NCBI GenBank assembly: GCA_963700145.1
Contig: OY969474.1
Coordinates: forward strand, 1,728,001-1,792,000
Length of the DNA stretch: 64,000 nucleotides
Source of the DNA: an uncultured Acidobacteriota bacterium
GTDB lineage: Bacteria; Acidobacteriota; Thermoanaerobaculia; Multivoradales; UBA5704
Reading direction: 5' to 3'
The notes under the pieces are model-generated. The model did no database searches and was not told where the DNA came from. It worked only from the letters and a program-made list of their open reading frames with translations. Below are positions 63,230 through 64,000 of the stretch, piece by piece. The stretch's first letter is position 1. The number at the start of each line of letters is the position of its first letter. Made by a program: the position numbers and the translations under genes.

Positions 63230-64000
63230 GCCGCCGCGGCGGCGGCCACCTCGCGCACCCGCTCCAGCGCCTGCTCGACGTCGGCCCGCGAGACGTCGCG
63301 GTGGGTGACGAAGCGGACGGCGTGGGGGCCGACCGGCACGCCGAGGACGCCGCGCTCGCGCAGGCCGGCGAGGAGCGCGGCGGCGGGGCCCGCGACGCGG
63401 AAGATCACGATGTTGGTGCGCACGGCGGCCGGGTCGAGGTCGATCCCCGGCAGCTCGGCGAGACCGCGGGCGAGGAACGCGGCGTTCTCGTGGTCCACGC
63501 CGAGCCGGGCCGGCCCCTTGCGCAGCGCCACGAGGCCCGCCGCCGCCAGCACCCCGACCTGCCGCATCCCGCCGCCGAACATCTTCCGCACCCGCCGCGC
63601 CTCGGCGACGAAGTCGCGCCCGCCGCAGACGAGCGACCCGACCGGCGCCCCCAGCCCCTTCGAGAGGCAGAACATCACCGAGTCGCAACCGGCGGCAAGC
63701 GCCGCGGCGGTCGTGCCGAGCGCGGCGGCGGCGTTGAAGATGCGGGCGCCGTCGAGGTGGACGGGGAGGCGGTGGCGGCGCGCCAGGTCGAGGAGGGCCT
63801 CGACGCGCGGCCGCTCGTAGAGCGTGCCGCCGGCCATGTTGTGGCTGTTCTCGATGGCCACGAGCCCGGTGCGGGCACGGTAGGAGACGTCCGGCGCGAT
63901 CGCCGCCTCGACCGCCGCCGGCTCGAGCAGCCCGTCCGGCGAGGGGAGCATGCGCGGCAGGAGCCCCGAAAGCGCCGCCATCGCCGCCATCTCGTAGGTC
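63226..64000 (-). CDS. ltaE: Low-specificity L-threonine aldolase (5' end outside window)
   Basis: IENSHN, HLDGARIFNA, PLP-lysine motif FCLSKGLGAPVGS, GGGMRQVG, RFVTH. Confidence 0.93.
   Translation of the reverse strand, partial: TYEMAAMAALSGLLPRMLPSPDGLLEPAAVEAAIAPDVSYRARTGLVAIENSHNMAGGTLYERPRVEALLDLARRHRLPVHLDGARIFNAAAALGTTAAALAAGCDSVMFCLSKGLGAPVGSLVCGGRDFVAEARRVRKMFGGGMRQVGVLAAAGLVALRKGPARLGVDHENAAFLARGLAELPGIDLDPAAVRTNIVIFRVAGPAAALLAGLRERGVLGVPVGPHAVRFVTHRDVSRADVEQALERVREVAAAAAA

Overview
Very GC-rich bacterial chromosomal window from a diderm (LPS-producing) organism; gene order and content suggest Acidobacteriota (inference). A minus-strand housekeeping backbone (lysS-lolE/C-lolD-clpC-bamA-skp-lpxD-fabZ-lpxA-Gfo/Idh/MocA-mtnP-surE-pcm-acyP-apt, plus punA, hpt, ridA, ltaE and tRNA-Arg(CCT)) is interrupted by accessory blocks. 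(1) 1-18225: a >3600-aa secreted repeat protein absent from the ORF track because it runs off the left edge, two small exported proteins, and a 2036-aa Ig/DNRLRE protein with a transglutaminase/papain-like Cys-His-Asp tip. (2) 18507-24084: exported caspase-like protease, small exported protein and TPR-CHAT protease, with a divergent XRE regulator. (3) 34115-42750, the best candidate for an undescribed system: ECF sigma, membrane anti-sigma-like protein, CHAT lipoprotein protease, divergent subtilase lipoprotein and a three-gene unknown operon, tied together by three copies of a 30-bp bipartite motif TGTCAG(A/G)AA-N13-GCGAA(G/A)GA placed like a sigma-specific promoter. (4) 45316-47548: tyrosinase lipoprotein plus a stand-alone copy of its C-terminal domain. 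(5) 52076-60568: two large unknown proteins, one apparently frameshifted. All family assignments come from motif recognition by eye; no database search was run.
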